Sequence record: OQ718158.1
DNA length: 64,000 nucleotides
Direction: 5' to 3' (one strand)
DNA from: Escherichia phage vB_Ec-M-J
Part shown: positions 37,429 to 46,593 of the stretch, in pieces
How positions within the stretch are numbered: the first letter of the stretch is position 1
How the letters are laid out: every line of letters starts with the position of its first letter
Notes under the pieces: model-generated
What the model was told of the DNA's origin: nothing
Seen by the model: the letters and a program-made list of their open reading frames with translations, nothing else
The model's database searches: none
Position numbers and translations under genes: made by a program

Positions 37429-38567
37429 CCCTTTTACAAATATATGAAGATTTAATGCACTTATGTAATACCCGTGATGCTTTCTTTTATGTGGATCATA
37501 AAAGTCCTGCTGGTGGAACATATCGTGTATTCAGTTATCGTCTAGCATCATATACCGATTTCATGCAACCCAATGCATTAGAAACCCGTGGTTCTATGTG
37601 GGAAATTGATGAAGACGGTGATATGATTCGTTGTGCTGCTCGTACTATGAAAAAGTTCTTCAATGCTTACGAAAATCCTGCTACAATGTTCCCTGCTGAT
37701 ACCTCATTCGATGACATTGCAGTAGTGATGCCTAAGTTGGATGGTTCAGTAATCAGTACTTACCGTGATAATGATGGTGTAATTCGTTGTAAATCACATA
37801 CTGCATTGTATTCAGACCATGCGATTAACAGTACTCGTCTTCTCAATGAGAACCAAAATTTGTATCAATACATTGACGAAGCAGACCGTTTGGGCTATAC
37901 TGTTAATCTGGAGTATACAAGTCCAGAGTACCGTATTGTATTACCATATCAGGTTGAACAATTATTTGTACTAAACGTTCGCAATCGTAAGAGTGGTGAA
38001 CTATTATGTGGTTCTGCATTACGTAATAAGTTCCCATGCCTTGCACAGTACAGTACTAACATGACAGGTAAAGATATTCATTACACTTTCCCTGCTCGTG
38101 CTACATTCAAAGAAAGTGTTGAAGAAGTTAAGAAAATGCTTGACATTGAAGGTTTTGTGTGCATCCTAAATAATGGTACAATGTGCAAAATCAAAACCGA
38201 CTGGTATTGTTCTTTGCATTTAACGAAAGACAGTATTATAATCGATTCCCATTTATATGAAGCTGTATTAAATGGTTCGAGTGATGATTTAAAACAGTTG
38301 TTCAGTACTGACGAATATGCTACCCAAAAGATATTAAGAATGGAACAACTAGTCTTTTCGTGCTATAATGCTTTACAAGATGAAGTTGAAAGCTTCGTCA
38401 AGGAACACAAGCACTTGGAGCGAAAGGAATTCGCTAAGAAGGTTCAGGAGTGTTTAACTAATGAACTGAATCGTCAGGGCTTGGCCTTTGCAATGTACAA
38501 CAATAAGAAAGTCGATTACAAAGAGACTCTTATTAAGTACATGAAAATTGTACTAAAGGATTTTTAG
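37425..38567 (+). CDS. rnlA: RNA ligase 1 (T4 Rnl1/gp63-like)
   Basis: 380 aa; N-terminal FFYVDHKSPAGGTYRVFSY and lysine-nucleotidyltransferase motif I MPKLDGSVISTY align with T4 Rnl1. Confidence 0.9.
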   Translation: MTLLQIYEDLMHLCNTRDAFFYVDHKSPAGGTYRVFSYRLASYTDFMQPNALETRGSMWEIDEDGDMIRCAARTMKKFFNAYENPATMFPADTSFDDIAVVMPKLDGSVISTYRDNDGVIRCKSHTALYSDHAINSTRLLNENQNLYQYIDEADRLGYTVNLEYTSPEYRIVLPYQVEQLFVLNVRNRKSGELLCGSALRNKFPCLAQYSTNMTGKDIHYTFPARATFKESVEEVKKMLDIEGFVCILNNGTMCKIKTDWYCSLHLTKDSIIIDSHLYEAVLNGSSDDLKQLFSTDEYATQKILRMEQLVFSCYNALQDEVESFVKEHKHLERKEFAKKVQECLTNELNRQGLAFAMYNNKKVDYKETLIKYMKIVLKDF

Positions 38568-38596
38568 TACTATCTAGCCTAGCACAAGGAGAAGTG

Positions 38597-38851
38597 ATGG
38601 CTAAACCTAAGTATAAAAATGACGGTTCCCTTTCTCCGACAGAATTCAGGAAAATACAAGAAGAAATCGATGAATTACAGCACAAACGCTCTAAGAAAGG
38701 TGTGAAGATTAGTAAGAAACGAATCGAGAATACTTTCGGGTGTAGTAGTACTGAATACAAGAAGAAAAGGAAACCAAAAGGTGTTAAGCCGAGAATACAT
38801 GATGTAACTCGCTATACATCGAAACGTGAAAATAAATTCGACCCACTATAA
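38597..38851 (+). CDS. hypothetical small basic protein
   Basis: ATG 38597 after AAGGAG; Lys/Arg-rich. Confidence 0.5.
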   Translation: MAKPKYKNDGSLSPTEFRKIQEEIDELQHKRSKKGVKISKKRIENTFGCSSTEYKKKRKPKGVKPRIHDVTRYTSKRENKFDPL

Positions 38852-38860
38852 GGAGTTCAT

Positions 38861-39097
38861 ATGAAAGTTGAAGTTCAGCATAGTATTGTTCAGGATATGT
38901 CAGTAGTTAAATTTCTTTCCTTGAAAGATTATTTCAGATGTATCAAGTTCCTAGAAGAATCTCAATTACAGTGGACCCCATTAAAGTACAGTTCATCCAA
39001 TGATACTGCTAGTATTCGTTGTGATGAATCTGTACTTGTGAAAATCTCCAAGCGATTTGGGATTGGAAAATACAATGATAAACAATGCACAAAGTAA
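38861..39097 (+). CDS. hypothetical protein
   Basis: 78-aa ORF; AAGGAG RBS. Confidence 0.5.
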   Translation: MKVEVQHSIVQDMSVVKFLSLKDYFRCIKFLEESQLQWTPLKYSSSNDTASIRCDESVLVKISKRFGIGKYNDKQCTK

Positions 39098-39386
39098 TTT
39101 GCTATATATAAAGTCAGTTGAAGCTGAAATTAAAAATTCAGTTCAAACTATCGTCGAGGAAATGATTGACAAATACAAGAGCAATCTTATTGGAAAGAAA
39201 GTCAGATGTTGGGATTACACATTCAAACACTGGTACGATTCCGAGATTGTGAAAGTTGATGTGAATACTGATAGTAATGGTCTAATTAATGGTATTGCGT
39301 ATGTTGGTGTTTTAATACGCAAGGGAACGCCACAGGAATGGCTCACCTATCATAATATAGAGCATGTTAAATTTATAGAGGATTAA
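39075..39386 (+). CDS. hypothetical small protein, family B-like
   Basis: KYKSNLIGKKVRCWDY ... pattern; start uncertain (39057 or 39075). Confidence 0.45.
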   Translation: MINNAQSNLLYIKSVEAEIKNSVQTIVEEMIDKYKSNLIGKKVRCWDYTFKHWYDSEIVKVDVNTDSNGLINGIAYVGVLIRKGTPQEWLTYHNIEHVKFIED

Positions 39387-39389
39387 AGG

Positions 39390-40322
39390 ATGCCAACTAT
39401 CACACTAACAGTTGGATTGCCTGGGTGTGGTAAAACTACATGGGCAGTGCAAGAGATTAAAAAAGCCAAATCCAAGACTATCAACATCAACCGTGATGAT
39501 ATTCGTGAATCTATGGCTGGGTCACATGATGCTTACAAATTCAACGATGCTAATGAGCAGTACGTAACTAATTTACAGTTCAGTGCAGCAAATTCAGCCG
39601 CAGAGAATGGTTGGAACATCATCATATCCGATACGAACCTTAAACAACATTTCCGTAATCTATGGAAAGTATGGGCTATAGATAATGGTTATGATTACAA
39701 AGAAAAGAATTTCTATGATGATTTTGTACCTAATGAAGACCGTGGTGCAGATGTTCATGAATTCTTTAAGATTAAAGAGTTCGTAAAACTTTGTAAGAAA
39801 TATAACCTCCAGCGTGAGCGTTCAGTACAAGATAATATCATTGACACTATGGCAGATACGTACTATTATAGTAAGGCATTACACATTGGTTACTATGGTA
39901 ATTCACGAGAAGCTGCTATTATCGTTGATATCGACGGTACTCTTGCTCATAAATGGGGACGTAACCCGTTCGATGAAAGTACTGTACTCCAGGATACACC
40001 AGACGAAGAAGTTATTTTGTCGATTATCGCAGAAGCAGTTTTTCATAAACGCAAGATTATCGTCATGAGTGGGCGTACTGAAGGGTGTCGTGCTGATACC
40101 GAACAGTGGCTTAAGAATTGGGGTGTTCCTTACGATGCGTTGTTTATGCGAGGCATCGATGATAAACGTCCTGATGATGTTGTTAAATTCGACCTGTACA
40201 TGAAAAATGTGGTTGATCATTACGATGTTAAAAAGGTTTATGATGACCGCAATCAAGTTGTTTTTATGTGGCGTAAGCTACTTGGGTTGAAAGTTTTCCA
40301 AGTGGCAGAAGGAAATTTCTAA
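39390..40322 (+). CDS. pseT: polynucleotide 5'-kinase / 3'-phosphatase (T4 Pnk-like)
   Basis: 310 aa; Walker A GLPGCGKTT, NINRDD, ISDTNL, HAD motif DIDGTLA, C-terminal WRKLLGLKVFQVAEGNF match T4 PseT. Confidence 0.92.
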   Translation: MPTITLTVGLPGCGKTTWAVQEIKKAKSKTININRDDIRESMAGSHDAYKFNDANEQYVTNLQFSAANSAAENGWNIIISDTNLKQHFRNLWKVWAIDNGYDYKEKNFYDDFVPNEDRGADVHEFFKIKEFVKLCKKYNLQRERSVQDNIIDTMADTYYYSKALHIGYYGNSREAAIIVDIDGTLAHKWGRNPFDESTVLQDTPDEEVILSIIAEAVFHKRKIIVMSGRTEGCRADTEQWLKNWGVPYDALFMRGIDDKRPDDVVKFDLYMKNVVDHYDVKKVYDDRNQVVFMWRKLLGLKVFQVAEGNF

Positions 40323-40328
40323 TACAAA

Positions 40329-40358
40329 AGGGATCATATATTGGTCCCTTTTTCTTTT
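40329..40358 (+). terminator. rho-independent terminator
   Basis: hairpin GGGATCA...TGGTCCC followed by TTTTTCTTTT. Confidence 0.6.
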
Positions 40359-40389
40359 AAGGTACATTATAGTGAATGTAACAACACAG

Positions 40390-40548
40390 ATGTTATTACG
40401 AAAAGACTACTTAGAAAATATAGAAAGATACTACAGAATGTCTTTGTATGAAAATAAACATAAAAATTATAATTTTAATAAACTACTAAATTCCAGTACT
40501 GAAGATTATCTATTTTCATCAATGTTTTATGTGAGAGGATTATTGTAA
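40390..40548 (+). CDS. hypothetical small protein (52 aa)
   Basis: short ORF not in the ORF track, stop overlapping next start (TAATG); no clear RBS. Confidence 0.3.
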   Translation: MLLRKDYLENIERYYRMSLYENKHKNYNFNKLLNSSTEDYLFSSMFYVRGLL

Positions 40549-40808
40549 TGGATAAATTTCACACAGATATATCACAGATAGGTAATCTTATCAATAGTCT
40601 AATTACTGATTTAGAAGAAAAGTACTTAGGACGAAATGTATACTTAGAAATGTATGAAACATATGGTGTTATTGATATGATTTATTACAGTGCATTGAAG
40701 TATGAAATACGTTTAACTGTATGTTTATATGAAAAAGGTACATTTAAAAGAAGTACTGCAATTCGTCAAGTTGGAGTTGATGACATGGAATTATACGAGG
40801 AACACTGA
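40548..40808 (+). CDS. hypothetical small protein, family B-like
   Basis: AGAGGA RBS; EEKYLGRNVYLEMYETYG pattern. Confidence 0.5.
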   Translation: MDKFHTDISQIGNLINSLITDLEEKYLGRNVYLEMYETYGVIDMIYYSALKYEIRLTVCLYEKGTFKRSTAIRQVGVDDMELYEEH

Positions 40809-41059
40809 TGTTTGAGCAGGACTTAGAGCTATTCAAAAGTTATGTCGAGTACTTAGTTACATTAGAAAAAGAGCTAACGACAAAGTACAAAGGTATTCGT
40901 GTTCTGTGCTGGTATGATGATTCGGATTATAAACGTGAACTCACCATTGACCGAATCTATTTCATCGACGGTGTATTGAATGTGCATGGTGTAAATGATT
41001 TTGGACATTCATATACTTATTCGAATAATGCTAAATTCAAGAGGATTGACAATGAATGA
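40808..41059 (+). CDS. hypothetical small protein, family B-like
   Basis: KYKGIRVLCWYDDSDY pattern. Confidence 0.5.
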   Translation: MFEQDLELFKSYVEYLVTLEKELTTKYKGIRVLCWYDDSDYKRELTIDRIYFIDGVLNVHGVNDFGHSYTYSNNAKFKRIDNE

Positions 41060-41354
41060 GTACTATCAAAATTTATTCAATTACATAAAACTAATAGATG
41101 ATCTTGCTTTCGATTTTCTTAGTACTGATAAAGTTGGTGAGCCTTTATATTATGATTGTATTGGAACACTTTGTTCAGATGAAAAGAATATATTAGAAAA
41201 TAAATTACCGTCATCACAGTGCTTAATCAATGGTTCCAAAGCAGTAATAACTGATGTTAATTTTTATAAATCTCTTAATACTATTTGTTATGTATTCAAT
41301 AACACTGTGTTTAAACATGTAACAAGTAATATTAAATCTGTGAGGTTCTTATGA
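41052..41354 (+). CDS. hypothetical protein
   Basis: ATG 41052 after AAGAGGA. Confidence 0.5.
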   Translation: MNEYYQNLFNYIKLIDDLAFDFLSTDKVGEPLYYDCIGTLCSDEKNILENKLPSSQCLINGSKAVITDVNFYKSLNTICYVFNNTVFKHVTSNIKSVRFL

Positions 41355-41647
41355 ATTTAAAACTTTTGTTAGAACAGGTACATTTATTGTATAGCTGTGC
41401 TGATGGTTCTGATAAGGAGTATAGTGAAGTTTATTTAGAACTGTTTAGAACGGAAATACACATAATTAGAAGATACTTAATTGATAATAAAACTGAAGTA
41501 AAAGTTAGATACCATAATGGTACTTTAAAGAATGGTATAATTATTGGATTGATAGTTACACGAATGTCTAGTAATATTAAAGTTGCAGTTAGATTAATGA
41601 CTGATGATGGTGTCTACACCATAGAAGTAAGTGAGATTATATATTAA
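41351..41647 (+). CDS. hypothetical small protein, family B-like
   Basis: NKTEVKVRYHNGTLKNGIIIG pattern. Confidence 0.5.
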   Translation: MNLKLLLEQVHLLYSCADGSDKEYSEVYLELFRTEIHIIRRYLIDNKTEVKVRYHNGTLKNGIIIGLIVTRMSSNIKVAVRLMTDDGVYTIEVSEIIY

Positions 41648-41953
41648 ATGGATATACAAACATTCAATAAACTAAAGTACTATGACAATGGTTTTGCTAT
41701 TATCATTGATGAACTAGATGGAATACCATATGAGTATCATAATGATGTAATGAAGATAGTAAAAAGTATTTGTAATGATTTAAAAACTATTTTCGAAAAT
41801 GAATATGTATACGACTTAGGTACAAACAATAAGAAACTATACATAAAGAAATTCTGTGGAACGCATTGTGGTCTGATGGTTGATTTAGGTTTAAGTGCTG
41901 ACAACAATTTCGAAGCATGTAGTTTATATCTGGATGAAATGCGAATCTCATGA
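41648..41953 (+). CDS. hypothetical protein
   Basis: 101-aa ORF. Confidence 0.5.
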   Translation: MDIQTFNKLKYYDNGFAIIIDELDGIPYEYHNDVMKIVKSICNDLKTIFENEYVYDLGTNNKKLYIKKFCGTHCGLMVDLGLSADNNFEACSLYLDEMRIS

Positions 41954-41979
41954 GACATATCTTGATTCGGTGATATAAT
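41952..41979 (+). promoter_or_regulatory. sigma70-like promoter (GAGACA-N16-TGATATAAT)
   Basis: -10 TATAAT 41974-41979 preceded by TGA; -35 GAGACA 41952-41957. Confidence 0.5.
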
Positions 41980-42001
41980 TTCATTACAACACTGACATGG
42001 A

Positions 42002-42340
42002 GTGGTTGTTGTGAATAACGATTTTTTAAAAATGTGGGAAAAAACAATAGTAATTCTATCTAGTTCATTAATGCACATTTTCAGTACTGATAATTCTTAT
42101 AGTTCACATACATTTGATTTAATATGTAATAACTATGTAAATGGTATATCAGATGAAATATGTCCATTCATTGCGTATTCACCGGATGGTATTGAAGAAT
42201 TTAATATATGCAACATCAGTTGTGGTTTTGGTGATTGGCTTGTGTTAAATGATCGAGGTGGAATCTGTTTATACATCGAAGATATTGGTAAATTTATATA
42301 CAAAGGAGTAGAATATGTTAACAATCGCAGCAGTTATTAG
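42002..42340 (+). CDS. hypothetical protein
   Basis: GTG start; Cys-rich 112-aa ORF downstream of a promoter. Confidence 0.4.
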   Translation: MVVVNNDFLKMWEKTIVILSSSLMHIFSTDNSYSSHTFDLICNNYVNGISDEICPFIAYSPDGIEEFNICNISCGFGDWLVLNDRGGICLYIEDIGKFIYKGVEYVNNRSSY

Positions 42341-42911
42341 TGTACTTGGTGTAGTTATTGCAGGTATGCTTGCATACAATTACAATCGTAGTGTTATCGG
42401 CTATGTACTACTTAGTCTAGTACTAACCCCAGTACTCACCATCGTTACTTTATTAGTGCTAGGTGAACGTAATATCAACTTCATGATTAATGATAAACGT
42501 GATCAGGTTACACCAGAACCTGAAAAAGTTATTCCTGAAGAACAAGAAGAACTTAAAGTTGAAGTTCAAATGCAAGTGAATGTTCACAATGCACTTGATG
42601 AAACTGATCCAAAAGTTAATGTTACTGTTGTTCCTGTCGTCAATGAAGTAAAGCCTAAAGCAGCACCGAAAAGTACTAAAGCACCAAAGAGCACCAAGAC
42701 TACAAAGAAAGCTCGCTATACTAAAGGGAAGAATAAAAACAAAGTCCAAGATGAACCACAACAAGGTACACACGACCATACTTCCCATATTATTACAGCA
42801 GCCACCACCGCAGCAATCGTAACGCCATATATCTCTTCTGCTGATACTGGTTCATATGATAGCTCTAGCTGTGATTCAAGCTCTAGTTCAAGTTCCGGTA
42901 GCTGTGATTAA
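42315..42911 (+). CDS. membrane protein with Lys-rich linker and Ser-rich C-terminus
   Basis: AGGAG RBS; two N-terminal hydrophobic helices; KAPKSTK repeats; SSSSSSSGSCD tail. Confidence 0.55.
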   Translation: MLTIAAVISVLGVVIAGMLAYNYNRSVIGYVLLSLVLTPVLTIVTLLVLGERNINFMINDKRDQVTPEPEKVIPEEQEELKVEVQMQVNVHNALDETDPKVNVTVVPVVNEVKPKAAPKSTKAPKSTKTTKKARYTKGKNKNKVQDEPQQGTHDHTSHIITAATTAAIVTPYISSADTGSYDSSSCDSSSSSSSGSCD

Positions 42912-42913
42912 CA

Positions 42914-43246
42914 ATGAAACATCTTGCACAATATAATCAGTACTTGATTGCGTTGCATCAAATGAAAGATGATTTCTATAAAAGTGCAGAAACAGAACTC
43001 GTCGGTAAGATAGTAAAATTTACTGACGAGTACATCAACCGATATGCGGAAATGGACGATGATCCAGAGTATGAATCATACTACCAGTACATAAATCCCA
43101 ATACAAGAATGAGAATTATTGAAATTATGAAATACGGTATACGTTTAATTGCACAAGTAGAATACATCAATCACGATGCAATTGATGCCGCTGCCTTTGG
43201 TGATGAAATAAGTTTAGAATATCTTATTCAAGTTGATGAGGAATAA
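42914..43246 (+). CDS. hypothetical protein
   Basis: 110-aa ORF. Confidence 0.5.
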   Translation: MKHLAQYNQYLIALHQMKDDFYKSAETELVGKIVKFTDEYINRYAEMDDDPEYESYYQYINPNTRMRIIEIMKYGIRLIAQVEYINHDAIDAAAFGDEISLEYLIQVDEE

Positions 43247-43248
43247 TA

Positions 43249-43464
43249 ATGACTACATTTTTTGCAATATATGGATTTGTTGCGTTTTGCTCATTTATAT
43301 GTAACTTTCTAGTACTGAATTGGAAATGTTTCAAAGATGAAATCATAACTGCAATGAGTCTACAATCAGCAGCACTAATGGCTATAATTTGGCCTGTAAC
43401 TATGGTGTATCTTTTTATCTCAATAACAAAAGATATCATATCCCACTTCAAGAGAAAGAAATAA
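43249..43464 (+). CDS. hypothetical small membrane protein
   Basis: 71 aa; GAGGAA RBS; two hydrophobic segments. Confidence 0.45.
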   Translation: MTTFFAIYGFVAFCSFICNFLVLNWKCFKDEIITAMSLQSAALMAIIWPVTMVYLFISITKDIISHFKRKK

Positions 43465-43718
43465 TGTTCAACACCGACTATTCACATTTGCGATATCTTA
43501 TGTCTTTGGCTGATGATTTTATTAATGATTTGAAGCCGAAGTATATTGGACAAGAAGTACGTTTGATAAACTCAAGGGGTTATGGGAAGTACATTATCGC
43601 TGATATGTATATTAGCGGTGGTGAATGGCGTTTCAAAGTTAATACGTATCTTAAAGATGGTTCTTTTGCAGGTACACAAGTTACAAAACACACTAACATT
43701 ATATGGTTGGAACAATAA
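43464..43718 (+). CDS. hypothetical small protein, family B-like
   Basis: ATG 43464 overlapping upstream TAA; KYIGQEVRLINSRGYGKY pattern. Confidence 0.5.
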   Translation: MFNTDYSHLRYLMSLADDFINDLKPKYIGQEVRLINSRGYGKYIIADMYISGGEWRFKVNTYLKDGSFAGTQVTKHTNIIWLEQ

Positions 43719-44461
43719 TGAAACATTTTTTGGAAGTTACAGTACCGGATGATAAAGATTTATATATCGTTGGTGATTTACACGGCAATGGAAAACTGTG
43801 GGATGCTACCAAGAAAGAATTTGGTATCACCAATAATGACTATGTTTTTTGTGTAGGTGATGTTATTGACCGTGGTGACCAGAATTCCAAACTACTATTT
43901 GAATTCCTTTTCGGTGAAAACCGTTTTATGATTGCTGGGAACCACGAGATCATGTGTGTTGATTCTGAAACTCACCGTGACTGGCATCACTGTTGGGTAC
44001 AAAATGGTGGAGATAAGTTCATTGATGAAGTTGGTGAGACAGGTATACAGTTCTTCCGTCAGTACTTAAAGGATCTCCCTATGATTATCCAAATCAATCA
44101 CCGAGGATTGAAGATTGGACTGGTTCATGCTGGTGTTCCTTTGGAATATACCACATGGGAACGTTTCGTTAGTGGGACAAAATCACTTAGTGCTGATATA
44201 ATTGAGAAGTGCTTGTGGGACCGTGATACATTCGACTACTGCAAGAAAAATAACACATATTACGTCCCTAGACTTGATGGCATCCATTGCGTCTTTAGTG
44301 GTCATACCGCAGTATCCGACCCACTCATCTACGGTAATCGTATCTGGATTGATAGTCAGTTTTTAACTGGTGATTTGACTCTTGCAACTCCCCAAAGTGG
44401 CGGGATGAGATACTTACGTAAAGAAAAAGATGAGTATTCATTTAACCGCTTCAAAAGGTAA
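43718..44461 (+). CDS. Ser/Thr protein phosphatase (PPP family, lambda-PPase-like)
   Basis: GDLHGN, GDVIDRGD and GNHE metallophosphatase motifs in canonical order. Confidence 0.8.
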   Translation: MKHFLEVTVPDDKDLYIVGDLHGNGKLWDATKKEFGITNNDYVFCVGDVIDRGDQNSKLLFEFLFGENRFMIAGNHEIMCVDSETHRDWHHCWVQNGGDKFIDEVGETGIQFFRQYLKDLPMIIQINHRGLKIGLVHAGVPLEYTTWERFVSGTKSLSADIIEKCLWDRDTFDYCKKNNTYYVPRLDGIHCVFSGHTAVSDPLIYGNRIWIDSQFLTGDLTLATPQSGGMRYLRKEKDEYSFNRFKR

Positions 44462-44465
44462 TAAT

Positions 44466-44735
44466 ATGCATGATGATATTAAAAAATCATTGTATGATTT
44501 ATATATTATGAAAAAAACCATCAATTCTATACTTGCCGACCAGATCAAACAGGTACGTAACTTCCTATCAAAAAAACTTATTGGTGCAGAGGTTAAATTC
44601 TATTACAAAAAAAATGTCGTGGTTGATGGTGTTATTAGAAGAGTAGTTACAATTTCAGACCAAACAATATATGTTGAAGTTGAATATGATGGTAAATTAT
44701 CACAATTAAGTACTGAAGATTTAACATTTTTATAA
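44466..44735 (+). CDS. hypothetical small protein, family B-like
   Basis: KKLIGAEVKFYYKKNVVVDGVI pattern. Confidence 0.5.
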   Translation: MHDDIKKSLYDLYIMKKTINSILADQIKQVRNFLSKKLIGAEVKFYYKKNVVVDGVIRRVVTISDQTIYVEVEYDGKLSQLSTEDLTFL

Positions 44736-44745
44736 GGAAATAGAA

Positions 44746-44973
44746 ATGAAAGTAATTCAAGTTATGGTAGAAAAATACCAAACCGAAGATGGTCGTATTT
44801 TTGATTCAGCAAAACAAGCTGAACACCATGAACGTATTATTTCTGGAGCACGTAAAGTGTGCCCTACATGTAATGGTACACAACAAGTTCCATCTGAAGA
44901 CTATCGCAGTTATTATGCTTGTCCACATTGTGATGGTAAAGGGTTTGTAGAAAAACAAGAGGTATGGAAATGA
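44746..44973 (+). CDS. small zinc-ribbon protein
   Basis: CPTCNG ... CPHCDG; AAGGAAA RBS. Confidence 0.5.
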   Translation: MKVIQVMVEKYQTEDGRIFDSAKQAEHHERIISGARKVCPTCNGTQQVPSEDYRSYYACPHCDGKGFVEKQEVWK

Positions 44974-45383
44974 AATTATATTGCTTAACAAACATGTACT
45001 GTCAAGGTGTCCAAGCTGGCATTCAAGCATTTCATGCTGGTGTTAAACTAATTAAAGAATATGAAGGTACTGCTTTCAGTACTATTATTGATGAATGGTA
45101 TTATGACCACGAAACTATTGTAGTACTAAATGCTGGTGGTCATGATAAGTTAAATTCTTATTATGATGACCTTTGTAAGCAGGGGAAAGTTCCATTCGCT
45201 AAATTCAATGAAGCCGGATTAAATGATGCAACTACATGTGTAGCAGTACTATGTACATCTGAAATGGTTGAAGACATGTCTGTTATGCGTATGAATCTTC
45301 CTGCTGGGGATCAACTAATGCAAGTAAAATATGGTGCATTGTTTAACACATTAAAAGCAATTAGCACAATGAGGACTGTTTGA
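44964..45383 (+). CDS. hypothetical protein
   Basis: 139-aa ORF. Confidence 0.5.
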   Translation: MEMKLYCLTNMYCQGVQAGIQAFHAGVKLIKEYEGTAFSTIIDEWYYDHETIVVLNAGGHDKLNSYYDDLCKQGKVPFAKFNEAGLNDATTCVAVLCTSEMVEDMSVMRMNLPAGDQLMQVKYGALFNTLKAISTMRTV

Positions 45384-46582
45384 TGGATTTTCCAGAGAAG
45401 TTATTTGTGGCTCGTTCATATGTAAATCATAACCAAGTTACTGGTTACATTATAGATGCCACAAAATCACACACAAAAGCGTTTGAGACTAAAAAAGAAA
45501 AGGCCGAGTACTGGGCTAAGAAAAACAATCTACCGTCACTATGGATTGATAATGTGCCTACAATTGGATTTTCTGTGGTACATAAGCTCACTGTTCATGC
45601 TCGTGAAACATACTTCACCATTCGTCACCCTGAAGGTTTCGAGTTCTTGGTGAGTGCTAAAAACATGAACGACCTTATCATCAACAATGATATTGTTAAG
45701 GGTGTATTTGTTGAACCTATGTTCTTCAATAATAGTTTAGAACTAATTAACGGTAAAACTAAAACCTTTGCTAAATTGGTTGAGAAGGAGAATAAGAAAG
45801 AACAACAAAAAGAAGTTGTTTCTAAATTGAAAGTGGGTGATGGTTTTAGACACAATAAAGAAGATTACTATTATTGTGGTAAAGTAAATGCTATTTGTAT
45901 CAAGAAAACTAAAGAGTTTTCATTTTCTGATAAGAGTTCCAAGTATCACTTAGTATATAATACTACTCGTGGGACATATGCTCTTAATGCTCGTCTTGAA
46001 ACTTATGCGTTAGAACCAAGTGCTGCACTGAATGTAAAAACTACAGTTCAAGATGAAATTGTTAAAGCTAATGCATTTTGGCAAAATATCCAACGAAATC
46101 GCAGTAACCCATTATGTGAAAGCAATATTCCAGTACTGATAAGTGATAAGTCGTTTAAAGCACAAGATTTGAAAGTAAAGTACGAAGAAATCAATCCTGA
46201 TGATATAATGAGTAATGGACGATTCAATGAGAACGTACCGTTCATGTGTAAAGTTGATGAACAGGCATATCGTGTTTTCTTTGGTGTAAAGAACAATACA
46301 ACCAGAAGTTATTATGGTCGTAATGGTGATTATATTCTTCAATACACTGATGTATTTGAACGATACAGTGCGTATCCAGTTGAAATTGATGCTAATGGTA
46401 TTATGACAATGGATGTGGATTTAAACGAACATGTATCATTTGGTACATGGAACGGATACCGTTCTCCTTTCTTCCCACCGACTGAAAATAAAACATCATC
46501 AACTCGTTACTACCAAGAAAAACCTTGTCACGTCCAGCTATCACTAAGTAATAAACTTTATATTGGAAAGTATTATCTATAA
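45380..46582 (+). CDS. hypothetical protein
   Basis: 400-aa ORF; no recognisable motif. Confidence 0.6.
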   Translation: MMDFPEKLFVARSYVNHNQVTGYIIDATKSHTKAFETKKEKAEYWAKKNNLPSLWIDNVPTIGFSVVHKLTVHARETYFTIRHPEGFEFLVSAKNMNDLIINNDIVKGVFVEPMFFNNSLELINGKTKTFAKLVEKENKKEQQKEVVSKLKVGDGFRHNKEDYYYCGKVNAICIKKTKEFSFSDKSSKYHLVYNTTRGTYALNARLETYALEPSAALNVKTTVQDEIVKANAFWQNIQRNRSNPLCESNIPVLISDKSFKAQDLKVKYEEINPDDIMSNGRFNENVPFMCKVDEQAYRVFFGVKNNTTRSYYGRNGDYILQYTDVFERYSAYPVEIDANGIMTMDVDLNEHVSFGTWNGYRSPFFPPTENKTSSTRYYQEKPCHVQLSLSNKLYIGKYYL

Positions 46583-46593
46583 GGGAATATACA

